Source: an uncultured Gammaproteobacteria bacterium (GTDB taxonomy: Bacteria; Pseudomonadota; Gammaproteobacteria; Pseudomonadales; JAHEGP01). From it: a DNA stretch of 64,000 bases. The stretch is taken from NCBI GenBank assembly GCA_963751595.1, contig CAVVVC010000012.1, forward strand, positions 192,219-256,218, read 5' to 3'. This document shows, piece after piece, positions 46,519 to 56,394 of this stretch. Below the pieces are notes generated by a model. It worked only from the letters and a program-made list of their open reading frames with translations, was not told where the DNA came from and did no database searches. A program made the position numbers and the translations under genes. The stretch's first letter is position 1, and each line of letters starts with the position of its first letter.

Positions 46519-46993
46519 TACCGCTGACTTGCTTCAGCGTCGCTTGTGTTGTGCTGGGTGAATGCGCAACATTACCGATAACGAACCGGAGGATTACTAT
46601 CCCCTGATCAGCAACCGCGGCACTGTTGCCTGGGCCCCAGGCGAATGGGTTGACTCGGTCGATAGCAAAGCCGGCGGTTCTTGTCTTTCGCCACCCATCG
46701 CCGGCTAGCCACGTGACAGGTCAAACCCGCGCCTTTACTTGAGCGCGAAGGTGTCATAATCCGCTATAGAGTTGTCTCAAGTGACGCTTTCAAGGCGCCG
46801 TTCAGGTGGCGCCAGATGAATCGCAGCTTCCTTTATTAAGCCCTGCAAACGCTGAAGTTGCAGCCAGCAAGTTGTTTTTGGCGCTTGCACTGGCCGAATC
46901 TTCCACGGCCCGTATAATAAGCCCGTTTCTTCGACCGGGGTGGTAGCGGTGCCGCCGCCACGGTCGTTATCCGACAATAAAACGGAAGTAGCC

Positions 46994-48184
46994 ATGATCA
47001 TCAAGCCAAGAGTACGTGGTTTTATGTGTGTCACTACCCACCCGGTGGGTTGCGATGTCAATGTCAAACAGCAGATTGACTACGTGAAAAGCCAGGGGCC
47101 GGTAAGCAACGGACCGAAGCGGGTGCTGGTGATCGGCGCTTCCACCGGCTACGGCCTGGCCTCACGAATAACTGCGGCATTTGGCTGCGGCGCCTCGACG
47201 ATCGGACTATTTTTCGAAAAGGAAGGCACCGAGCGTAAACCGGGCACCGCCGGCTGGTATAATTCGGCGGCTTTTCACAAGTATGCCGAGGCTGATGGGC
47301 TCTATGCCACCAGCATCAACGGTGATGCGTTCTCCAACGAAATCAAGCAGAAAACCGTAGATCTTATTCGACGCGACCTCGGGCAGGTCGACCTTGTGGT
47401 TTACAGTCTTGCCTCGCCCCGGCGCCAGCATCCCGACACCGGCGTGGTTTACAACTCCACGCTGAAACCGATTGGCAAAAACGTGGTTCAGCGCGGGATC
47501 AATACCGACAAGGAGGAAGTGCAGGAGGTAAGCCTGGAGGCCGCCACCCGGGAAGAAATCGACAACACCGTTGCGGTGATGGGGGGAGAAGACTGGCAGA
47601 TGTGGATCGATGCCCTGGATAGCGCCGGCGTACTTGCCGACGGCGCGAAAACCACTGCCTATACCTACGTGGGAGAGCGCATTACCTGGGATATCTACTG
47701 GCATGGAACCATTGGCGCGGCCAAGCAGGACCTGGACAAGCGGGTGGTCGATATTCGTGCCAGACTGGCGGAAAAGGGAGGGGACGCGCGGGTCTCGGTA
47801 TTGAAGGGCGTGGTAACCCAGGCCAGTTCAGCGATCCCGATCATGCCACTCTACCTGTCGTTGTTATTCAAGATCATGAAAGCGGACGGCTCCCACGAGG
47901 GCTGTATCGAACAGGTCTACGGTTTGTTTCGCAACAGCCTCTACGGCGACCAGCCTGTGATGGACGAGTCGGGTCGCCTGCGGGCCGACGGGCTGGAGTT
48001 GCGTCCTGAAGTGCAGCAGGCAGTAGAGCAACTATGGTCGCAGGTGACGACCGAGAACCTCCACGAGCTAACCGACTTCAAGGCTTACCAGGCTGAATTC
48101 CTTCGCCTGTTCGGGTTTGGCATCGACGGAGTGGACTATACGGCGGAGGTTGACCCGGTAGTGCCCATCGACAAGCTGGTGTAG
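46994..48184 (+). CDS. fabV: trans-2-enoyl-CoA/ACP reductase (NADH), FabV
   Basis: ATG 46994 gives [20 protein letters not shown]..., near-collinear with the P. aeruginosa/Vibrio FabV I remember ([40 protein letters not shown]). Confidence 0.9.
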   Translation: MIIKPRVRGFMCVTTHPVGCDVNVKQQIDYVKSQGPVSNGPKRVLVIGASTGYGLASRITAAFGCGASTIGLFFEKEGTERKPGTAGWYNSAAFHKYAEADGLYATSINGDAFSNEIKQKTVDLIRRDLGQVDLVVYSLASPRRQHPDTGVVYNSTLKPIGKNVVQRGINTDKEEVQEVSLEAATREEIDNTVAVMGGEDWQMWIDALDSAGVLADGAKTTAYTYVGERITWDIYWHGTIGAAKQDLDKRVVDIRARLAEKGGDARVSVLKGVVTQASSAIPIMPLYLSLLFKIMKADGSHEGCIEQVYGLFRNSLYGDQPVMDESGRLRADGLELRPEVQQAVEQLWSQVTTENLHELTDFKAYQAEFLRLFGFGIDGVDYTAEVDPVVPIDKLV

Positions 48185-48426
48185 TTCGCCAGGGCGTGTT
48201 CCCGGCTGGGTGGGCCCTCCCTGCTGTCTGCCCTGCAGCGGACCCCTACCCCTGAACGCCCAGCGAGATCCCCACCCGGGGGCAATCGGTGAGGTTGCAG
48301 CATACGCCATGGCGATCCCTTGCCCCGGGTCATCCATCGGGCCGAAAACCCCTGTATCGGCTATGTTTAAGACTGATTATACTGTTTGGCGAAAACCCAC
48401 GTTATTGATTATCGGACCTCAACGTA

Positions 48427-49269
48427 ATGGAAGCAGATAAAGAACGACTGATCGATCCCAGCCCGGCTACAAAATCCGGCGGGCTCAAGCTGCGGGATAT
48501 TTTGCTGACGCTGATTGCTCTGGCCATCATCGCAGCAATTGCCTGGTTTATTATCAAGGACAAGGATCAGCCACCCGAGCCGCCCATGGTCGGCGATATG
48601 CCGGTACCGGCTGCGGCGCTGGAACGAGCGCGTCGAAGCATCAACCCCGCCCAGCCGCCGCCACCGCAACTGACCGATGCCGAGCTTGCCCCGGTGGCGC
48701 CCCCCGAAAACATCGACGGTAGCGACGCCCAGGTCAGCCGTGCAATCGAGGAAATGTCACCGCCTTTACTGGCCTGGTTTACCCCCAAGGAGCAGGTGCG
48801 AAAATGGGTGGCCATGGCGGTGTTGCTGTCAGAGGGTGATCTCATCAGCAAGAACCGACCCGTCGCTTATCCAATGGAGCCTTTCAAGGTCAACAGGCAG
48901 GGTGGCAGGCTGAGCATGAGCGAGGCCAATTTCAGTCGCGCCAACGAGCTCATCGAAGCGATCATCCGCATTCCGCCGCAGAAGCTGGCGGCCTACTATC
49001 GCCAGTGGTCACCGGTGCTGGAGAAGTCGTACCAGGAACTGGGCATGGAGGGCAGCTTTCATACCCACTTTATAAGCTTGATTGACCGGGCCCAGGCAAC
49101 CCAGTCGCTGTCGAGGCCGCCGGAACTCTCCCAGCCCCACGTGCTGTACACCTACAGCGATGAGGAACTGGAAAATGCCAGTGATATCAACAAACTGATG
49201 TGGCGGCTTGGTCCCGAAAACATGAAAAAGGTGCAGGCTTACCTGGTGGAATTCAAAGCGGCGCTTTAG
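48427..49269 (+). CDS. DUF3014-like single-pass membrane protein
   Basis: 280 aa. N-terminal TM ILLTLIALAIIAAIAWFII, a Pro-rich spacer, then a conserved-looking domain (LLAWFTPKEQVRKWVAMAVLLSEGDLISKNRPV ... YRQWSPVLEKSYQELG). Confidence 0.5.
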   Translation: MEADKERLIDPSPATKSGGLKLRDILLTLIALAIIAAIAWFIIKDKDQPPEPPMVGDMPVPAAALERARRSINPAQPPPPQLTDAELAPVAPPENIDGSDAQVSRAIEEMSPPLLAWFTPKEQVRKWVAMAVLLSEGDLISKNRPVAYPMEPFKVNRQGGRLSMSEANFSRANELIEAIIRIPPQKLAAYYRQWSPVLEKSYQELGMEGSFHTHFISLIDRAQATQSLSRPPELSQPHVLYTYSDEELENASDINKLMWRLGPENMKKVQAYLVEFKAAL

Positions 49270-49335
49270 CGCACCTCGCAGCGGCGCTCGGACGGTCGTC
49301 GCCACGGCTGCCCTGTAAAGGAAGCCTGATACATT

Positions 49336-50175
49336 ATGCCCGCACTAATTCACGCCAAAGCGGTCCGGTTGGCACCGGGCTTGCGCCGTGTCACCGCAGC
49401 CAACCCCGGTGTGATGACAGGCGTTGGTACCAACACCTACCTGCTGGGTGATCGCGATGTCGCGGTGGTCGATCCCGGCCCGGATATGCCGGAACACGTC
49501 GATGCCATTATTGCCGCCATTGAGGAGGGTGGCGGGCGGCTTGCTCGCATCTTCGCGACCCATACCCACATGGACCACTCACCTGCGACTGCTAGCTTGC
49601 TGCGCCATCGCAAGGTGGAGGTGATCGGTGCCCTGGCCAGTGACAGGATGTTCCAGGATGCGAGTTTTTGCCCCGATATCGAATGTGCCCACGACCAAAT
49701 CTTTGAAGCCTCTGAATACAGCGTGCGCGCGATCGCAACGCCGGGGCACGTTAGCAACCACTTCTGTTTTCTCGAGCAGAACAGCGGTTACCTGATGACC
49801 GGTGACCATATCATGAACGGCTCGACCGTGGTGATCATTCCCCCCAGCGGTGATATGGCCGCGTATATCCAATCCCTGAAAATTCTCCTGGATTATCCCC
49901 TGACCCATCTCGCCCCGGGCCACGGTGACATCATGGAAGACCCCACAGCGGTGGTGCGTTGGCTGGTGGATCATCGCCTGCAGCGCGAGTCGAAGGTGCT
50001 CAGCGCACTGCAGGCAAGGCCCGCGGCCAGCGTTGATGAACTGGTTCTGGTGGTGTACGACGATGTGCCCGTCCAGGTGCACCCGGTGGCCAAGCTGTCG
50101 CTGCTGGCCCATCTACTCAAGCTGGAGCGGGAGCAGCGGGCAACACAGATCGATAAACGCTGGTCTGCCCTTTAA
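49336..50175 (+). CDS. MBL-fold metallo-hydrolase
   Basis: 279 aa. THTHMDHS (HxHxDH), PGHVSNH, MTGDHIM, APGHG. Confidence 0.85.
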   Translation: MPALIHAKAVRLAPGLRRVTAANPGVMTGVGTNTYLLGDRDVAVVDPGPDMPEHVDAIIAAIEEGGGRLARIFATHTHMDHSPATASLLRHRKVEVIGALASDRMFQDASFCPDIECAHDQIFEASEYSVRAIATPGHVSNHFCFLEQNSGYLMTGDHIMNGSTVVIIPPSGDMAAYIQSLKILLDYPLTHLAPGHGDIMEDPTAVVRWLVDHRLQRESKVLSALQARPAASVDELVLVVYDDVPVQVHPVAKLSLLAHLLKLEREQRATQIDKRWSAL

Positions 50176-50444
50176 TCACCCGACATTGCCCTCGTCCCTG
50201 CCCCGTGCGCGAACCTGCCCATAACCCTTCTGACCCCACTGAACTACTCCAGCAGCCGGCAGGCTTCTTCAACGCCCGTTGCGCCCGCGTGGATTGTGCC
50301 GTGATGGTGTGCTCCCGGGGCTAACGGGTGAGGTCATGCCTGCCTGGGGCCCGGCACTGCGCGTTTCGCCTGGCGCACTTGCTATCCGTCTCGCATCCTG
50401 TTTTTATTGGTCCTTGTTTGGTGCGGTTATAGGGGAGGCCTGGT

Positions 50445-51278
50445 ATGAACACAAAAAGTTGGCGGCGGTGCGGTTTGGCAATCGCAGCGGGAGCGTTTTC
50501 TGCTCAAACGTTTGCTGAAACCATATTCGATTATACCCATCGGTTTCACGTTGGCTACGCGCGCCAGGATGCAGACGCCAGGGTAACATCATCCATTGAC
50601 CCGTTACCGCCCATCGAGATTGACCTGGCAGATGATCTCAATGTCGACAACTCCAGCGAGTCTATTCTGCTGGCCTATCACTGGCAGTTCGCCGAGAAAT
50701 GGTCCCTGGGTTTGACCTACCAGCGCTTGAGCCTGGACGGGGACGGCCTGGCTGCACGGGATTTCAATTTTGACGGCGAGGAATACCGGGCCGGTGCGCG
50801 GGTCGACACCGAGTTCACCATGGATACCTACCGCCTCGATGTGGGCTACCAGCTGTTCAGCAACGATCACTGGGAAGTCATGGTGGGGGCGGGTGTTCAC
50901 ACTTTCGTAATCGACACATCGCTGACTGCAGGGGTGGGGTTGGAGGGTGGAGGAGAATCGATTGTCGATGAGTTCCGGCAGGAGTCCTCCAATGTGTTGG
51001 CACCGCTGCCCAATCTGCGCGCCGGGGTGGTTTATCTGCTAACGCCCAGGTGGAGTGTCGGCGCCAGCGCAGGCTGGCTGGGTTTGAATATTGACGACTT
51101 CAGCGGTTCGTACACCTATGCCGATGTCGCCACTGACTATCGTATCACCGATCATTTCGGTATCGGCGCCTCTTACCAGATTGCGGAGCTGGATGCCAAG
51201 ATCAGTGACAGTGATGGCTTCGATGAGGTCAATATCCAATTGTCGGGGCCCAGCATCTACCTGTTCTATGGCTTTTAG
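50445..51278 (+). CDS. outer-membrane beta-barrel protein, family not recognised
   Basis: 277 aa. Signal CGLAIAAGAFSAQTFA/ET. Alternating beta-strand pattern and the aromatic C-terminus IYLFYGF. Confidence 0.55.
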   Translation: MNTKSWRRCGLAIAAGAFSAQTFAETIFDYTHRFHVGYARQDADARVTSSIDPLPPIEIDLADDLNVDNSSESILLAYHWQFAEKWSLGLTYQRLSLDGDGLAARDFNFDGEEYRAGARVDTEFTMDTYRLDVGYQLFSNDHWEVMVGAGVHTFVIDTSLTAGVGLEGGGESIVDEFRQESSNVLAPLPNLRAGVVYLLTPRWSVGASAGWLGLNIDDFSGSYTYADVATDYRITDHFGIGASYQIAELDAKISDSDGFDEVNIQLSGPSIYLFYGF

Positions 51279-51331
51279 GTCGCCCCGAGTACTCGCGTCG
51301 GGCGGTGCCGTGCGGGGCTCGCAGGTCATAC

Positions 51332-53779
51332 TCAGCGAGCGCCCATTCCGGGGACATTGTGCCAGGGGTTGGCCGCAAAAATGCGCGCTGATTGGTTTAC
51401 GGTAACGGCAACAGGATCAGGCTGGAAGAACGCGCTCCAGGGGGTCTGCAGGGCGTTGATCGCGATGTCACCGGGCTCGATGCGCATGGATTCCTCGTGT
51501 AGTAACTGGCCGTCGTAAAAAAGCCGGTCGCAAACCCCTCCGGGGGAACAAATCCGGTCCCCGGTCTCCAGCCAATCCCGTCCCGCGAGTAGGGCACGGC
51601 TGCGGTCAAGCTGCAGCTCGATATCGATATGGAAAAACGGTGACAGTAGCCGGGTGTTCAGCCGTGAACCGATAAAGGATCGCTGCACCGTGGCCGGCGG
51701 GCGCAAGCCGCCATCAGGGTCGAGGCAGACATCGCTACTGAGGGTTTCCAAGCGCAGCGTTTCGGGTCGACCCTCGGAATTGGTGACATAGGTGCGCCAT
51801 TCGGCGCGCCGGCCGCAGGGGTCACCGTCAATACCGTACACCGCCAGGGTCAGGTAATGGTTGGCGACCTCGTTGTCGTAGAGGCGGATGGCGGCCGGGT
51901 AAAATTCCCCCGCGACCCCGCTACGAATCAGCAGTCCCTCGGGATCGGTCAGCAGGAAATGGTAGTGGGTCTCTGGCTCTGTCGCCGCCATGCTGGAGGG
52001 CAGCAGTGCTGGAACCTCGCCTTTGACGGCAGCTTCTGCCTGATTGAGGACGGTCATCGGGTAAAACTGATTTTTGAATTCGATCAGCGTGCGTCGGTAG
52101 TCGTCGGTCACGTCGAGGTACCCGGCGTCCAGGTTCCACCAGGGCGAGAGCACGAAATCCAGTGGATTCAGGTAAACCAGGGTATGGACGGGGTTGGCCC
52201 CGACATACTCCGTCCACTGACTGTTGTCGATCAGCTCGATCGCCGGCGCTTCCACCAGCACCGCTTCCCGGTTGTAGACGCTGGCGTTGTAGAGGCCGCG
52301 ATCGGCAACGGCGTTGCCCCAGTAGATGTAGTCATTGGCAGCGACGAACTCCCGCGCGAAAGCCACCCGCGTTTCCCCCTCAGGGGGCCAACTGATGCGG
52401 GAATCGAAGTAGAGCAATTCCTCCCCGGTTGTCGGATCGATCTCGCCCACGTAACTGTATATCCCGTCGGCCTCCAGCCTGTGGCTTACGGGTTCCGGCA
52501 AGGTCAACAGGTTGACGGAGTCCGCCGTGATCGCCTCAGCCGCCGCCTGAATCACCAGAAAGCGGGGCTTGCCCCGAACCGGATCATTGACGAAAACCGA
52601 CCATTCAGCGCGGGCACCCTCCACCAGTCCCCCCGACGATTGGTAAACGTTAAGAACCAGAAAATAGCGGGGCTCCTCGCCGTCAAGGATTCGGATAGGA
52701 GCCAGGGTGAAACCCGCCGGCAAGTGGTCGGCTGCGAACCGTGCTCTCATGACGGGGTCGCTGAATTCGAAATTGATGAAGATGGAGTTGGGGTTTTCCC
52801 CCACGTCGAAATTCAGCCAGGGCGGGTTGCCGTCCTCTGCCACGGCCTCGCTGTAGTCGATCGCATCCATGTCGATGAAGAGTGTCTTCAGCAAGGGTCG
52901 GATATCGGCGCCGGGCTCCAGTCCGTCGAGTTCTATCGTCAGCAAATTGCCGCTGGCGGCAAGCCCGGGCAGGCTGGCTTCGGATAGCAGGCCCCGGAGG
53001 CGCTCGACGTACCCTGCGGCGTTGGCACTGATGAGTTGCAGATCGCCAACCAGGCGACCGGGCGTGAGATCAAAGGCGGCCATGGCGATTTCAGCCTGGC
53101 GCAGGCTCGAACCCCCGTTACCCGGCGCCGGGATATCACGGTACAGCCCCGGCAAGCCGACGACAAAGCTCACGGCTCGGGGGGTGTCCAGCATGCCCAG
53201 GTGGGGTGCGATGGCGCTTTGCCGCAGGTTGGCGGCGCCGTTGCGATGGACGTCGATAACCCGCTCCAGATTGGGGCGCTGCGCAATCACCAGGGTTTTT
53301 TCGTCGATCCAGGTCTCTAACAGTGGTGTCTCGTCGAGGGGTTGCAGTGCATACCCGCGGTACTGCACCGCCGTATCCCTGCCTGTCGCCGGGCTTTGTG
53401 CCAGGGGGGCTGCAAGACTGACGATGACGATAAAACCGTGCTCGGAAGCGAGCGTCTGGCCGAGGATGAGCTGCTCCAGCTCAGCGGGTGACCCCATGAC
53501 CAAGCTCGATTGACCCAGGTAATAGCGCGTTATATCAGCGGGGCTCTGTTGCCAGGGGGCCGGACTTTCCTCCCGCAACAGGCCGGCGATTGCATCCGGG
53601 TTACGCAACTGCAGAACAGCCCGGGTGGACGCGGGCAGCAGCTCCAAGGGGTTAGCGTTGGTGGGGCCGCCGGCGTCGTCAGCCGATGGGGTGCACGCTC
53701 CGAGCACGAGGGCGCACACCAGCACTGTCACAAGCCGGCAACACGGCCACCCGCCCCTGATGTTAACGCCCATACCCAT
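51332..53779 (-). CDS. large lipoprotein (815 aa) with tandemly duplicated C-terminal module, no family recognised
   Basis: Lipobox LVCALVLGAC. Two homologous modules are visible by eye (PIRILDGEEPRYFLVLNVYQSSGGLVEGARAEWSVFVNDPVRGKPRFLVIQ vs AIRLYDNEVANHYLTLAVYGIDGDPCGRRAEWRTYVTNSEGRPETLRLE). Each module ends in ...SPW / ...NPW. Confidence 0.6.
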   Translation of the reverse strand: MGMGVNIRGGWPCCRLVTVLVCALVLGACTPSADDAGGPTNANPLELLPASTRAVLQLRNPDAIAGLLREESPAPWQQSPADITRYYLGQSSLVMGSPAELEQLILGQTLASEHGFIVIVSLAAPLAQSPATGRDTAVQYRGYALQPLDETPLLETWIDEKTLVIAQRPNLERVIDVHRNGAANLRQSAIAPHLGMLDTPRAVSFVVGLPGLYRDIPAPGNGGSSLRQAEIAMAAFDLTPGRLVGDLQLISANAAGYVERLRGLLSEASLPGLAASGNLLTIELDGLEPGADIRPLLKTLFIDMDAIDYSEAVAEDGNPPWLNFDVGENPNSIFINFEFSDPVMRARFAADHLPAGFTLAPIRILDGEEPRYFLVLNVYQSSGGLVEGARAEWSVFVNDPVRGKPRFLVIQAAAEAITADSVNLLTLPEPVSHRLEADGIYSYVGEIDPTTGEELLYFDSRISWPPEGETRVAFAREFVAANDYIYWGNAVADRGLYNASVYNREAVLVEAPAIELIDNSQWTEYVGANPVHTLVYLNPLDFVLSPWWNLDAGYLDVTDDYRRTLIEFKNQFYPMTVLNQAEAAVKGEVPALLPSSMAATEPETHYHFLLTDPEGLLIRSGVAGEFYPAAIRLYDNEVANHYLTLAVYGIDGDPCGRRAEWRTYVTNSEGRPETLRLETLSSDVCLDPDGGLRPPATVQRSFIGSRLNTRLLSPFFHIDIELQLDRSRALLAGRDWLETGDRICSPGGVCDRLFYDGQLLHEESMRIEPGDIAINALQTPWSAFFQPDPVAVTVNQSARIFAANPWHNVPGMGAR

Positions 53780-53816
53780 TCAAACAGCCCCGCCTGGTGA
53801 GGTTTCGCTGTGTTCC

Positions 53817-54818
53817 ATATGCCAGCCGGGGGGTTTACGTTGTCGATCGCGGTTTGGCTTTGCTGCAGCGGAAACGGTTTTTACTTGACCTGCGCTGTTT
53901 ACCGGGCGCAATCACACCGACGTCGGCAACGGCCAGATCGCAGCGATAGCCAATGATTTTGATGGCATCATCGGGGTTATTCCCCAGTCGGCGGCGACCG
54001 TGGCTGAAGTTCTCAAGCACTGCGGCTACAACACCAGTGCTTTTGGCAAGTGGCACAACACCTTGGAAGAGCAATTGACCACAATGGGGCCGTTTGAATA
54101 CAGGCCATCGGGCTGCAGCTTTGATTACTTCTGCGGGTTTCTCAATACGAACCCACCATGACCCGCAACACGACCCCCCGGTTCCCGAGGAGAAACCCCA
54201 CGACTATCACCTCACGGAAGACATCGCCAGTGACGCCATTAAGTGGTTGCAGGACCAAAAAACCCATGTGCCTGTTAAGCCTTTCCTGATGTACTGGGCG
54301 CCCGGGGCCTCCCATGGGCCTCATCAGGTGCCCCGGGAATGGGCCGACAAAGCCAAGGGAAAGTTTGATGACGGTTGAGATGCCTATCGTGAGCGCGTGT
54401 GCAACAATGCGAAAAAGCAGGGCTGGATTCCCCAGGATGCGGTTGTGAACCCGCGTCCGGCATCACTGGCGTCCCGGGAATCGATCCCGGAAAACGGAAA
54501 GCCGTTTCAGCGTCGCTTGATGGAAGTCTTTGCGGGCTTGACCGAGCATGCCGACTATCCCGCAGGGCGACTTATCGGCCAGATCGAGCAAATGGGCGAG
54601 TTGGACAACACCCTCATTTTTTATATCTGGGGGGACAACGGCTCGTCATCGGAGGGTCTGTACAGCACCATCAGCGAGCAGTTGGCGCAGAATGGTATTC
54701 CCACCACGATGCAGCAGCACCTGACGGGGCAGGGGAGCTTGGCGGGCTTGACGCGCCGGGTGGCCGCCAAACCGACAACATGTGCGCGGGGTGGGCCTGG
54801 GGTACACAGCCGCCGTGA
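53817..54818 (+). pseudogene. arylsulfatase pseudogene (both ends truncated, two stops, two frameshifts)
   Basis: Sulfatase blocks lie in three frames. First: ...PALFTGRNHTDVGNGQIAAIANDFDGIIGVIPQSAATVAEVLKHCGYNTSAFGKWHN... (stops at 54159-54161). Second: ...YHLTEDIASDAIKWLQDQK...KPFLMYWAPGASHGPHQVPREWADKAKGKFDDG, then TGA (54376-54378), then DAYRERV...IPENGKPFQRRLMEVFAGLTEHAD...NTLIFYIWGDNGSS. Third: ...GGLDAPGGRQTDNMCAGWAWG after a further shift. Confidence 0.8.
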
Positions 54819-55104
54819 TCCGATATTGCGGCCGCTATTCCGGGACAAACCCTCACCTCGTATCCGGTACTGCCATCAGCCCACTGAACCCATCAGCGTT
54901 GGGGTTGAGACCCGCGAAACTGACAAGAGAATTACGCCCCAGACTTGGTCTATGCTATAGTCCGTGCCGATTTTGCCGGGGCTTGCCAGAAATCGGGGCT
55001 TCCCTCAGCGCGCTTTTGCTGGGCAGCGGCGGGGGTCACATCCCGATAGCCATGTCGCCGGCCCATCCCCGCTGCTTTCTTATCACACGACGAAATACCG
55101 GTTT

Positions 55105-56394
55105 ATGGCTGCGAGAGCATGGATAATTCCGCTGTTGATTATTGGGCTGGCATCATCGCTGGCAGCCATGCTGTTTGCCATGAAGCCCGAGCCCGAGGTC
55201 ATCACCCCGGAGATCAAGCCGTTGCTGGTCGATGTACTGCAAGTCAGCCCCACTGCGCTTGCGGTCGGTGTCCATGCCCAGGGTGTGGTTCGGCCGGGTT
55301 CGCAAACCAGCCTGGTCAACGAGGTATCGGGTCGGGTTGTAGAGCTATCGCCCCAGTTCAATGCTGGTGGATTCTTTCGCGCGGGTGATGTCCTGCTGCG
55401 ACTGGATGATCGCGACTATCGCGCCCGGCTGAAGCAGGCCCAGGCCCTGGTGGCACAGGCGCGCAGTGCACTGGCCCAGGAGCAGGGACGGGTGGCGGTT
55501 GCCGAGCACGAGTGGCAGCAGCGCAGGCGCCGCGACTCGGTGAGCCAGGAAGCGCGTCGGCTGGCATTGCGAGAACCCCAACTGCTGGAGGCCGAGGCGC
55601 AACTGGAGTCGGCACGGGCGAGCCTGGATCAAGCCAGACTTGACCTGGAAAGGACGGTGGTGATTGCGCCCTACGACGGCCTGGTGGCGTCCAGACAGGT
55701 CGATATTGGCCAGTATGTTGCGGCCGGTCTGCCGGTAGGCAGAATACTGGCAGTGGGGCATGCCGAAATCAGGTTGGCGATTCCGGAGGGTAAACTGGAT
55801 TATTTGTCGCTTCCTGATGCGCACAAGGCTTCCCCGGACCAGCTGCCCAGAGTGGAAATCAGCCATAGTTTCGACGGCGGGACACAAACCTGGCAGGCCG
55901 AGCTGGTTCGCACCGAAGGTGTGCTGGACGAGCGCAGCCGGTCACTGTTCGTGGTTGCTCGCCTGGATGACCCCTACGGCATCTACCGGGGTGATGGCCA
56001 GCAGGGTTTTGCCCCGCTGCGGTTTGGCATGTTCGTCGATGCCCGGATCGAAGGCCGGGTTTTCAGCGACGTTATCTCGCTGCCGCGCACAGTCATCCGC
56101 CCCGGTAACCGGGTATGGATAGTGGACGATCGTAATCGCCTGCAGGAACGCGAGCTGGCCTTGCTGCGCACCGATGGTCCCGAGATTCTGGTGACCGAGG
56201 GGCTCGAGGAAGGTGACAAGGTTTGTATCACCAGTGTCGGCCCGGTATTGCCCAACACGCCGGTGCGTATTGCCTCGGTCCTGCGCCAGGAACAAAGCTC
56301 GCAACAGAATGCCCCGGAGCGCACCTCCGCTCCGGCAAGCACAGGCACCGAGACTCCGACTGAAGCTGCAAACCCGGCTCCCGTCGCCTCGTGA
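55105..56394 (+). CDS. efflux RND transporter periplasmic adaptor (MFP/HlyD family)
   Basis: ATG 55105 gives MAARAWIIPLLIIGLASSLAAMLF (anchor). Has a coiled-coil hairpin region (ARLKQAQALVAQARSALAQEQG ... EAQLESARASLDQARLDLERT) and VIAPYDGLV. The stop overlaps the next start (GTGA). Confidence 0.9.
   Translation: MAARAWIIPLLIIGLASSLAAMLFAMKPEPEVITPEIKPLLVDVLQVSPTALAVGVHAQGVVRPGSQTSLVNEVSGRVVELSPQFNAGGFFRAGDVLLRLDDRDYRARLKQAQALVAQARSALAQEQGRVAVAEHEWQQRRRRDSVSQEARRLALREPQLLEAEAQLESARASLDQARLDLERTVVIAPYDGLVASRQVDIGQYVAAGLPVGRILAVGHAEIRLAIPEGKLDYLSLPDAHKASPDQLPRVEISHSFDGGTQTWQAELVRTEGVLDERSRSLFVVARLDDPYGIYRGDGQQGFAPLRFGMFVDARIEGRVFSDVISLPRTVIRPGNRVWIVDDRNRLQERELALLRTDGPEILVTEGLEEGDKVCITSVGPVLPNTPVRIASVLRQEQSSQQNAPERTSAPASTGTETPTEAANPAPVAS

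Noticed and set aside
46562-46708. 48-codon ORF (MRNITDNEPEDYYPLISNRG...) in the fabV upstream spacer
   Set aside because: No SD, no recognisable family, and below any length at which composition could support it.
46885-46918. TTGCAC ... TATAAT as the fabV promoter
   Set aside because: The spacer is 22 nt, outside the 16-19 nt range for sigma70. The -10 alone is not sufficient evidence.
51857-52987. 376-aa plus-strand ORF
   Set aside because: Antisense to the 815-aa lipoprotein gene, which has a lipobox, an internal domain repeat and better codon bias.
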